From Pseudomonadota bacterium (GTDB lineage Bacteria; Bdellovibrionota; FAC87; UBA2466), in the NCBI GenBank assembly GCA_043767805.1, contig JAYUGC010000031.1, positions 1 to 16,856 on the forward strand: DNA of 16,856 nt. Reading direction: 5' to 3'. The notes beneath the pieces were generated by a model, which searched no databases, was not told the DNA's origin, and saw nothing but the letters and a program-made list of their open reading frames with translations. Both the position numbers and the translations under genes were made by a program. Shown piece after piece: positions 9,468 to 16,856 of the stretch (positions within the stretch are counted from its first letter, which is position 1; each line of letters begins with the position of its first letter).

Positions 9468-10085
9468 TTATTTACTGGCCTGATAGGACTCGTCCAAGAT
9501 TTCATCCAGAGTCAGCTTGAGCGAGCTCAACGTCTGGTTCGCGGCGTTTACGAACGTGTTGTACGTAAGCAGCGCCACGATCGCGACGATGAGGCCCGCG
9601 GCGGTTGCCACCAAGGCCTCGGAGATGCCGCCCGCGACCACCGCGAAACCGCCTGAACCTTTGGCCGACATTTCAGAGAAAGCTCTCACGATACCGACGA
9701 CGGTGCCGAGCAGGCCCACGAAGGGGGCCGCGCTGCCAATGGTGCCGAGGATCCAAAGGTGCTTGCGAAGATGGGCCATCAGGCGAAGGCGGTTGCGCTC
9801 GGTAACGCGTTCCGTGGTTTCCCGTTTCTGCTTGGTGTCGAGAGTGCTCAAGAAAAGCTCACCGACGTACGGCTTTTGATTGTGGCAAATCTGGCGGGCG
9901 GCTTGAAGATCCCCCGCCTTTAGGCTCTGCATGAGCGACTGGGCGATCTGATTGAGCTTCGGGCGCAGGCTGAAATAGACGAAGGCCCGCTCGAAAACGA
10001 TGGTCCAAGTCAGGATGGAGAAGATCGCCAGCGGCCACATGACCCAGCCGCCAGTGGCGAAGAGATGTCCGAGTGAAAGATCCAT
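9468..10085 (-). CDS. exbB: MotA/TolQ/ExbB proton channel family protein
   Basis: GGWVMWPL, APFVGLLGTVVGI, GISEALVATAAGL. AAAGGA SD upstream. Confidence 0.95.
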   Translation of the reverse strand: MDLSLGHLFATGGWVMWPLAIFSILTWTIVFERAFVYFSLRPKLNQIAQSLMQSLKAGDLQAARQICHNQKPYVGELFLSTLDTKQKRETTERVTERNRLRLMAHLRKHLWILGTIGSAAPFVGLLGTVVGIVRAFSEMSAKGSGGFAVVAGGISEALVATAAGLIVAIVALLTYNTFVNAANQTLSSLKLTLDEILDESYQASK

Positions 10086-10109
10086 GGATTGCGGTTCCTT
10101 TCGTGTCCC

Positions 10110-10137
10110 AGGATAGCACAGGCGAGAGAACTATGAA
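10110..10137 (-). promoter_or_regulatory. Putative extended -10 sigma70 promoter for exbBD
   Basis: TTCATA (10137-10132), 16 nt, TATCCT (10115-10110), with TGn immediately before the -10. Confidence 0.4.
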
Positions 10138-10251
10138 TAGAACTCCACAATTGCGGCACACCGCGGCCATCTGCCTTTGCAAGAATAGTATTACCTGCGT
10201 GGCACGTATCCTGATCTCTCCCGTTAATCCAAAGAACAGTTTGAGGGTTTT

Positions 10252-11934
10252 ATGTTTGGGTGGAGAAGTCTCTTTTTGGTTGCCGCGCTCCTGGGCACCT
10301 TAAGTTGCGGCAAACGGGATATGGGACAAGTCCAGCTCACGGGAGGGTCTGGAGCGGGCCATCCCAGCGCCGATGAGGCGGGCCGGGCGAGCTACCGTTA
10401 CGCCTTTTCCGCCCAAGTCCTCGATGAAACGACCGGCCTCGCGGTCCCGAACTTCGCCGTTACCTTACTTTCCCAGGACGGCGCGGTAAGCGCTTTGCTT
10501 AACGCCATGGGCGACAAGACCGGCGTCTTCCACATTTCCCGTAACCCCGCGGCGGGAGACCTGGCCTTCAAGGCCATTCCAATTTTGCTCACGGCGGTCG
10601 GTCATAAACCAGTGGTCCAATTCGTAGACGTCGGCGCCGATTGTTTGGCGGGCCAATGCCCGGGCTCCAGACCTCTCGCCATTCACTTGGCAATCGCCGG
10701 CGCCGCGGTCTCCTTTGCCAAGGAAGCTTTTGCTCCGCTGGCGGCCACCCAGAAGATTAACGCCGTGGGAACGGCGCCTCTGTTTCAAGCTCTCATTAAG
10801 AGCGGCAAGATGGATCCAGAGATCCAAAAACTTTTCTCCACGGCGAAAAACGGCGACACGCTCAGCAATATCTTGATTGTCCTGAACGGCAGTCATGGGG
10901 GCGCCGATTTGGCGCAAGCTTTATTGAACGGCGCGAACGCCGAGAAATTAAAGGGCCTCACTACGGGGCTCGGCACCATCGCGGCGCTCCTCGTTCCTAT
11001 GCTTTCCAGTTCCCATCCGGATGCATCGGCGGCCATGATCGCGGTCAACGCGCTCTTGCCCTACCTCACGCCCATTCTGCAGAAGGCGGAGAACAAAGGG
11101 CCGCTCATGAGCGTGCTTACGACGTTACTCGCGGACCCGAACTCCCAGCAGAACCTGGTGAATCTGATTCAGTCGCTTTCTAAGAACGGCGACAAGACGA
11201 AGACTCTCCAGTTCGCCATGGCGACCTTTCTGCCCCTCTTACAAAGCTTGATCGCGAAAAAAGTCCCGCCGGCGACCGCCAGTCCCTTCGAGACCCTTCT
11301 CGCGAAGTCCGTGCTCGATCCGAAATTCGCGGCGCTCGTTGCTTCTCTCGCGGATAAAAATATCGTGAAGGACGAGAAGGTCTCTCTGCTTCTCTCCTAC
11401 CTGCAGCCTCTCGTGCAGGCTTTGAGCGGAAAAGCGGCTCCGGAGATCGCTTATCTCTTCAATCAGCTCATTCAAGACGGCGGGCTACAGAAGCTGAAAG
11501 ACTTCGCGAAGGATGGAACGGCCCAAGAAAAGTTTGCGCAGCTCATTCCCTATATCGAGCCTTTGGTTAAAGGATTGAACTCGGCCGAAGCGACGAAGCT
11601 CGCGGAAGCGCTCTTACCGATCCTGGCGTCCTCGAATCCGGCGGCGGCCGTGCGAGACATTCTCGTGAAGGCGGCGGCGGGCGGCAGCCAGGCGGGTCAA
11701 GTCATCGCGGCCCTTTTGCCGGCCTTGGAACCTCTCTTGAAAGAAACCTCTCCCGGCAAGCAGGTACTTTCCGCGCAGTTGCTTCAAGGTCTCTTGAACG
11801 GAGACTTCACTGGAATTCAGGTTACGAAGGACCTTCAAGGCTTGCCGGCGGTGATCGTGTCGGGGCAAGCGAAGGACATCTTCAAGCTTCTTCAATTGCC
11901 GAACGTGGATAAGGCCGTCGCTTTGACGCTCTAA
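10252..11934 (+). CDS. Hypothetical lipoprotein with an N-terminal beta domain and Ala/Leu-rich helical repeats
   Basis: 560-aa ORF with GAGGG SD at 10243-10247 and a signal peptide ending LLGTLS-C19. QVLDETTGLAVPNFAVTL resembles the start of a carboxypeptidase-regulatory-like domain. Confidence 0.8.
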   Translation: MFGWRSLFLVAALLGTLSCGKRDMGQVQLTGGSGAGHPSADEAGRASYRYAFSAQVLDETTGLAVPNFAVTLLSQDGAVSALLNAMGDKTGVFHISRNPAAGDLAFKAIPILLTAVGHKPVVQFVDVGADCLAGQCPGSRPLAIHLAIAGAAVSFAKEAFAPLAATQKINAVGTAPLFQALIKSGKMDPEIQKLFSTAKNGDTLSNILIVLNGSHGGADLAQALLNGANAEKLKGLTTGLGTIAALLVPMLSSSHPDASAAMIAVNALLPYLTPILQKAENKGPLMSVLTTLLADPNSQQNLVNLIQSLSKNGDKTKTLQFAMATFLPLLQSLIAKKVPPATASPFETLLAKSVLDPKFAALVASLADKNIVKDEKVSLLLSYLQPLVQALSGKAAPEIAYLFNQLIQDGGLQKLKDFAKDGTAQEKFAQLIPYIEPLVKGLNSAEATKLAEALLPILASSNPAAAVRDILVKAAAGGSQAGQVIAALLPALEPLLKETSPGKQVLSAQLLQGLLNGDFTGIQVTKDLQGLPAVIVSGQAKDIFKLLQLPNVDKAVALTL

Positions 11935-12902
11935 CGCGACCGGTTTTCCCAAGCCCAGTGCGAGGCGAGTATTTGGTCGAGCGATCGGGAAGGCTTCCAG
12001 CCCAGGTGCTCGCGCGCCTTTTTGGTATCGGCTACCAGGACCGGCGGATCGCCCACCCGGCGAGGTTGCAGCGTCGACGGAATGTTCTTTCCGCAGATGC
12101 GCCCCGCCGCCTCTAGAATCTCCTTCACGGAAACTCCGCGGCCCGCGCCTAAGTTAAGGGTCCCGGGTAATTTCTTTCCGGCCTCGAGGCTCTCCAAAGC
12201 CAGTAGATGAGCGTCGACGAGATCTTCGAGATGGAGATAGTCCCGAACGCAGGTGCCATCGGGCGTCGGGTAATCCGAGCCCAGGATCGGGACCGGATCT
12301 CCCGTGCGCGCGGCGCGAAGGACCAAAGGAATGAGGTGCGTCTCGGGCTCGTGCCGTTCTCCCCAACCAAGCGAATCGAGCGCTCCCGCGGGATTGAAGT
12401 ATCTCAAGTTGAGGGTGCTCAAGTTCCGGCTCTTGGAAACTTGGTCCACTACCTTTTCGGCCAAGCGCTTCGACTCGCCGTAAGGGGAAATGGGGGCGCA
12501 GGGAAGCTCTTCCGAGATAAGAGGCACTTGCGGGAAGCCGTACACGGCGCAGCTCGAGGAGTGAACGAAGGCGCGGGCCTTGCGGCGGCTGGCTCCCTCC
12601 GCGCAGTTCAAGGTGGCTTGAACGTTATTGCGCTTATACTCCTCCGGCATTCTCACCGATTCCGCGACCAGGGCGAGCGCCGCGAAATGGAGCACGGTCG
12701 CGTTTTCCGGTAAGGCATCCCAGGCCCGAGCCGCTTGGGCGGCATCCGCTAAATCGACGAGCTTCGTCTCCCAGGTGGCGCCCTTCGGTGGCGGCAAGCG
12801 ATCGAGAGACAGCGGCGTGTAACCCTTTTGAAGAAGGCGCAGGCAGGCGGCTCCTCCCAGATAACCCGAGCCCCCGGTGACGATGACGGTTCTTTTGCTC
12901 AT
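11931..12902 (-). CDS. galE: UDP-glucose 4-epimerase
   Basis: TGGSGYLG, HFAA, SSSCAVYG, YGESK (YxxxK), LRYFNPAGA, PETHLIP, DYPTPDGTCVRDY. Confidence 0.96.
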   Translation of the reverse strand: MSKRTVIVTGGSGYLGGAACLRLLQKGYTPLSLDRLPPPKGATWETKLVDLADAAQAARAWDALPENATVLHFAALALVAESVRMPEEYKRNNVQATLNCAEGASRRKARAFVHSSSCAVYGFPQVPLISEELPCAPISPYGESKRLAEKVVDQVSKSRNLSTLNLRYFNPAGALDSLGWGERHEPETHLIPLVLRAARTGDPVPILGSDYPTPDGTCVRDYLHLEDLVDAHLLALESLEAGKKLPGTLNLGAGRGVSVKEILEAAGRICGKNIPSTLQPRRVGDPPVLVADTKKAREHLGWKPSRSLDQILASHWAWENRSR

Positions 12903-12914
12903 GCTTATCTGACT

Positions 12915-12943
12915 AACCTAGGCGGCCACCCCCGGCTTTTCAA
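12915..12943 (-). promoter_or_regulatory. Putative internal sigma70 promoter for galE
   Basis: TTGAAA (12943-12938), 17 nt, TAGGTT (12920-12915). The -10 is 12 nt before the ATG and there is no SD. Confidence 0.5.
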
Positions 12944-12945
12944 GC

Positions 12946-13743
12946 TCACGAGAAGGACGGAAAGAAAAAGGGAAGCAGCTCGGTCTTCCACATCCAGTAG
13001 GTGGCCGCCGCCCCCGCGAGAAAAGGCCCGAAAGGAATGCTCGCTTTGAGGTCCTTCTTTTGAAAGAACATGACTCCGACGCCGACGATACTGCCTATGC
13101 CCGTCGATAAGATGATGACGATGAGAATGGACTGGTACCCCAGCCATGCCCCGATCATGGCTAGGAGTTTCACGTCTCCGCCGCCCAAGCCCTCGCGTTT
13201 GGCGACCATCTCGTAAAAATAGGCGATGGCGAAGAATATCCCGCCTCCCGAGACGGCGCCGATGACCGAGTCATGCCAGGAGATATCGCCGGTGAGCAGC
13301 GTGGCAAGTATTCCCAGAACGATTCCGGAAAGACTGAGTTCGTCGGGAATGATGCGATGGTGGAGATCGATGACGGAAATGATGAGCAGATAGGAAAGAA
13401 AAACTCCGTAGCAAAGCATCCTCGAGTCGGGGCCGTAACGATTGGCGACGCCTAGCCATATCAAGCCGGTGCAGAGCTCGACTAACGGATACTCCACGGA
13501 AATACTTTTCGCGCAGTCGCGGCACTTTCCGCGCAGCCACAGGTAACTGAAGACCGGAATGTTGTGGTACCAGCGGATGGGCGTCCGGCATTGCGGGCAC
13601 CGCGAGCCGCCCCGGACGATGGACTCGTCGAGGGGAAGCCGGACGATGACGACGTTGAAAAAGCTCCCGAGGATGAGTCCCAATAGAAAGGAAAAGGGGA
13701 GGAGCAGAGTGGGCTCGTTCAGAATGTCCTGCCAGGTTGTCAC
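12946..13743 (-). CDS. pilD: Prepilin peptidase / N-methyltransferase (A24)
   Basis: GSFFNVVIVRLP, CPQC and CRDC zinc motifs, IDLHHRIIPD, GGGDVKL, IPFGPFLA. The GTG start overlaps the upstream TGA. Confidence 0.96.
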   Translation of the reverse strand: MTTWQDILNEPTLLLPFSFLLGLILGSFFNVVIVRLPLDESIVRGGSRCPQCRTPIRWYHNIPVFSYLWLRGKCRDCAKSISVEYPLVELCTGLIWLGVANRYGPDSRMLCYGVFLSYLLIISVIDLHHRIIPDELSLSGIVLGILATLLTGDISWHDSVIGAVSGGGIFFAIAYFYEMVAKREGLGGGDVKLLAMIGAWLGYQSILIVIILSTGIGSIVGVGVMFFQKKDLKASIPFGPFLAGAAATYWMWKTELLPFFFPSFS

Positions 13744-14507
13744 GCAGCGATGTCTTTATGGTTGAAGCAGACGACCGCCGCAAAGAGATAGAAGGTCACG
13801 CAAATCACGGCATATCCGCACGCTAGCGAGAGCTCGTTCCAGCCGATGGTGAGCCCGTAAGAGGCCATGCTCTTCATGTTGAAGATTTCCAGGTCCGGTA
13901 CCAAGGCCTTGGTGAAACTCCAGACGTAGGTCGCAAACGAGTCGCCGATATTCTCATTCACGCGATCGCGCACATGCCCGACGGCGAAGAAGCAGAGAGT
14001 GACGGCGGCGGCGGTGATGGCGCCTGAGTTCACGGCGAAGAGATAGGTAATCGCCGTGAGCGTCGCGCACTCGAACACGATCATCGTCATGGCCTGAAAC
14101 AGAGCGGTCGCGGAAAAATTCCCTTCGAAGCGGGCGCAAGTTAGGTAGGCGATGACGCCCATGAGCGCAATCACCGCGGTTTGCACGATGACTTGCCCGA
14201 GGTACTTACCCACTAGAAATACCCAGCGGGAAACGGGCTTTGAAAGCAGCATGTAGATGGAGCCGCTGTTCATTTCTTTGTGAAACAGGCTGATGCCCAT
14301 GAATACCGCGAAAAGAATCATGGCCATTTGAGTGCCGCCCAGCATGAAGTCTAGTAGAAGTTTCGACTGTTCGGCATAGGAAAACTGGCTCAAGAGAACG
14401 CTCAAGGCCATCGCGGCCAAGGCGAACGAGACGAGCAGGTAGAAGACCTTTTCGTAGAGGAGCTCCCGCACCGTGACCCAGGCAATTCGCAAGCATGCGG
14501 CAATCAT
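13740..14507 (-). CDS. pilI: ABC transporter permease, PilI-like
   Basis: Multi-TM protein with EMNSGSIYMLLSKPVSRWVFLVGKYLG. It lies between the pilH-like ATPase and pilD, as in Myxococcus pilGHID. Confidence 0.88.
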   Translation of the reverse strand: MIAACLRIAWVTVRELLYEKVFYLLVSFALAAMALSVLLSQFSYAEQSKLLLDFMLGGTQMAMILFAVFMGISLFHKEMNSGSIYMLLSKPVSRWVFLVGKYLGQVIVQTAVIALMGVIAYLTCARFEGNFSATALFQAMTMIVFECATLTAITYLFAVNSGAITAAAVTLCFFAVGHVRDRVNENIGDSFATYVWSFTKALVPDLEIFNMKSMASYGLTIGWNELSLACGYAVICVTFYLFAAVVCFNHKDIAA

Positions 14508-15472
14508 GGCGTCGCCTCCGGAAGCGGATTAGCAATCAGCGGAGCGTCCCCAAAGAGCGCCTCCTCCAGAGTGCGTCTGTGGGAGTTCACGCCCACGACT
14601 TTGACGCCCTCTCGGCGGATGGCTTCCAGCTCGCGCATGAAATTCTCGGTACCGTCGATGGTGACGATGAGGCCGATCGGCCTGGTCTCGGTGGCGTGCG
14701 CGCTTTTCAGGCGCTCGCGCAAGTCAGGCGCCGGATCGCGCACGATGAGGTCGAAGCGTTCTTCGTTATTCACCAGGAGGTCCTCGATGGGGCAGTAGCT
14801 CCCCAGCTTTCCTTTGCGGAGGAGAGCGACATCGGAGCAGAGCATCTCCACGTCGTTCAGGATGTGGGTGCTGAACAAGATGGTGGCGTCGGGAATTTCC
14901 GTGTGGACGCGTTGGATGAGCTGACGGATCTCGAAGCGGCCCAGGGGATCGAGTCCGCTCATGGGCTCATCGAACACCAAGATCCTCGGCGAATTGAGAA
15001 GGGCCTGAGCGATCCCTAAGCGCTGGGTCATGCCTTTGCTGTACCCTTGAACGCGATCGTCGCTGGCGTGGGCAAGACCGACCAGCTCGAGAAGCTCTTC
15101 GCTCTTCTTTTTCAAAGGCGCCGTCTCGAGCCCCAGGAGCTTGCCGTAGTAAAAGAGGACTTCGCGGCCGGTGAGAAACTTTTGGAACCGCGGATTCTCC
15201 GGAAGGTAGCCGAGAAAGGAACGGGCCGAGCGCTCGTCCGAGGGCACGCCGCAGATGAGAATCTGGCCGTGCGTGGGCCTCAGAAATCCCATTAGCATCT
15301 TGAGTGTGGTGGACTTACCCGATCCGTTCGGTCCGAGCAATCCCACTACCTTGCCTTTTGGAATCGAAAGGGTGAGGTTTTCCACGGCGGTCTTTTTCTT
15401 ATGCACGCCGAGGCGGAAAACCTTGGTGACGTCCGTAATTGAGATCACTTCCGAAGCCGCGATTTCAGTCAT
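14504..15472 (-). CDS. pilH: ABC transporter ATP-binding protein, PilH-like
   Basis: Walker A GPNGSGKST, signature YSKGMTQR, Walker B LVFDEPMSGLDP, H-loop STHIL. Confidence 0.92.
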   Translation of the reverse strand: MTEIAASEVISITDVTKVFRLGVHKKKTAVENLTLSIPKGKVVGLLGPNGSGKSTTLKMLMGFLRPTHGQILICGVPSDERSARSFLGYLPENPRFQKFLTGREVLFYYGKLLGLETAPLKKKSEELLELVGLAHASDDRVQGYSKGMTQRLGIAQALLNSPRILVFDEPMSGLDPLGRFEIRQLIQRVHTEIPDATILFSTHILNDVEMLCSDVALLRKGKLGSYCPIEDLLVNNEERFDLIVRDPAPDLRERLKSAHATETRPIGLIVTIDGTENFMRELEAIRREGVKVVGVNSHRRTLEEALFGDAPLIANPLPEATP

Positions 15473-15479
15473 GATGGTC

Positions 15480-16412
15480 TCAAGTCCCTTTTCTGCCGTA
15501 GATGCCCGATTGCTCGAGAGCCGGCTGTGGCTTTACGGGAACAATTTTCTTTTCCGCCGAATCGTATCGAAACGAGTGTACTTCCGCAAACAGCGGCACA
15601 ACGTCTTCGGGAATTTCCGCCGTGGTGATGACCGAGGCGATCTCGCGGGTCTGGCTGATGAAGTGCGAGCGAATGTCGTCGATGCCCTTCGGCTCGCTGT
15701 GTTTTTGCTTGCGGAAGCCCTCGAGCGCCGCCTGCCAGCTCGCCTTTTGCAAGGCGTAGACGAGGCTGCGGATGCGCGACAGCAAGCGGGCTTTCCCGTC
15801 GTTGTCGCGCATTGCCGGCACGAGCGAGACTGCAAGGCGAAGCGCCTGGGCGAGGGTGCCCGTTTCACTCAGTAGCCGGATGCCTAAAGAGGTAAGCCAG
15901 GTGGGCGCTCCTTCGAGGCTCGCCGCCGTGAGAATTTCCCGCGCCGCCGGCTTGTACTGCTGCATTTCGAAATAGAGGTGATAGCCGAGCGAGTAGTGGG
16001 AGCGCCAGTTGTTGGGGTAGTAGCGCACCCATTTTTCCAAAAGTATCCGCGCGCCTTCGGCGTCTCGGAGAAATACGGAAAGAAAAGCCGCTCCAAAAGG
16101 GTAGGCCCCCTGGAAATTACGATCGAGACTGGTGATGGCGTCTAGCTGTGCGAACTCCCAGCTTACTTTTCCGGGCTCAGCGTCTTTGTGGCGTGCTTTG
16201 TCGAGAAGCCGGAGCCAAAGCAGATCGGTTATGACGAAGTCGAAACCCAGGCTATAGCGTTTTAAAGAATCGGCGTGGTAGCGAGCGGCTTGGGCGTAAA
16301 GGCTTGGCGCTCTTTCGTCGAGGTTTCCGAGATGGCGCTCCGAGACGTGTTTAGCCGCGATTAAGCAAAAACCGATCCCTAAGGAAGAGAACCAAAAAAG
16401 GAAGCGTTTCAT
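15480..16412 (-). CDS. pilG: PilG-like (Myxococcus-type) TPR-containing pilus accessory protein
   Basis: N-terminal TM (MKRFLFWFSSLGIGFCLIAA), LGFDFVITDLLWLR, ITSLD and TPR-like WRSHYSLGYHLYF. It sits directly before pilHID. ATG 16412 is preferred over the track's TTG at 16502, whose extension is low-complexity and lies in an inverted repeat. Confidence 0.78.
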   Translation of the reverse strand: MKRFLFWFSSLGIGFCLIAAKHVSERHLGNLDERAPSLYAQAARYHADSLKRYSLGFDFVITDLLWLRLLDKARHKDAEPGKVSWEFAQLDAITSLDRNFQGAYPFGAAFLSVFLRDAEGARILLEKWVRYYPNNWRSHYSLGYHLYFEMQQYKPAAREILTAASLEGAPTWLTSLGIRLLSETGTLAQALRLAVSLVPAMRDNDGKARLLSRIRSLVYALQKASWQAALEGFRKQKHSEPKGIDDIRSHFISQTREIASVITTAEIPEDVVPLFAEVHSFRYDSAEKKIVPVKPQPALEQSGIYGRKGT

Positions 16413-16462
16413 GGGGGGTAGATGATCCGCTTCTATTGTACTGGGAGTAGGTACGGAGGGGG

Positions 16463-16591
16463 AAAGAAGAAAGTTGAGGCGAGAGGCGGGAAAAACCAAC
16501 AACCGTCGGCAACAGGTTTTGGGGGGTTGAATGGAATTGGGAAGGTCTAGCTGGCCTCCCGAATCCTCATCGCCTCAACTCAATCTTCTTT
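16463..16591 (-). repeat. Long imperfect inverted repeat (rod-like RNA hairpin)
   Basis: AGTTGAGGCGA (16472-16482) / TCGCCTCAACT (16570-16580) is a perfect 11-bp pair, flanked in register by AAAGAAGA/TCTTCTTT, GAGG/CCTC and CGGGA/TCCCG. Confidence 0.85.
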
Positions 16592-16653
16592 TGTCGCTAC
16601 GGCTACTACTTCTACTGAATCAGCTTCCGCTGCCGTTGCTACGAGACGCCCTA

Positions 16654-16671
16654 TTGCAGGGTGTATGCCAA
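16654..16671 (-). promoter_or_regulatory. Sigma54 (-24/-12) promoter
   Basis: Minus strand TTGGCATACACCCTGCAA has GG-N10-GC spacing and is close to TGGCAC-N5-TTGCW. An AT-rich tract with an IHF-like TATCAATTGGATG (16701-16713) lies just upstream. Confidence 0.72.
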
Positions 16672-16856
16672 CTGTGCATGGTTTAAATATAAATGAATAT
16701 TATCAATTGGATGACTAAAATTTCGCCTTCTGAAAAGAGTTCGGCGCTTCGGCGAAATGAAGGGTAGCAGTGTCTCATTTTGGAACCGGTTAAGGCCACT
16801 TATTAAATTCAGTATTGTTAAATACTTACCTCGGGTGCGCTCCTCCCTTTTTGGAA

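Noticed and set aside
16413..16502. N-terminal extension of pilG from TTG 16502
   Set aside because: The Pro/Ser-rich extension comes from the inverted-repeat arm. ATG 16412 gives a normal MKR-plus-TM N-terminus.
16531..16686. 51-codon Leu-rich plus-strand ORF (MELGRSSW...CQLCMV)
   Set aside because: It has no pilin or other motif, its Leu richness comes from the periodic tract, and it runs antisense through the sigma54 box. A small peptide cannot be strictly excluded.

Overview
A GC-rich, gene-dense chromosomal window; gene content suggests a deltaproteobacterial-type lineage such as Bdellovibrionota or Myxococcota (inference only). Minus strand: a pilG-pilH-pilI-pilD type IV pilus accessory operon followed by galE; an exbB-exbD pair with no tonB beside it; a translationally coupled membrane protein-tldD-tldE operon; a VLCAD/ACAD9-like acyl-CoA dehydrogenase; ffh; and the 5' part of rpsP, which the ORF track missed. 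Plus strand: a C45 Ntn-hydrolase with a TPR-like tail and an unrecognised 560-aa helical-repeat lipoprotein. No mobile elements, CRISPR arrays, tRNA or rRNA were seen. The most interesting signals are non-coding. (1) A sigma54 promoter sits where pilA normally lies upstream of pilG, but it precedes a long rod-like RNA hairpin with a C-rich loop instead of a pilin gene. (2) A ~140-nt terminated candidate sRNA with a similar C-rich motif lies between tldE and the dehydrogenase. (3) A long hairpin fills the ffh-rpsP spacer. (4) Leaderless or very short-leader promoters precede ffh and galE.
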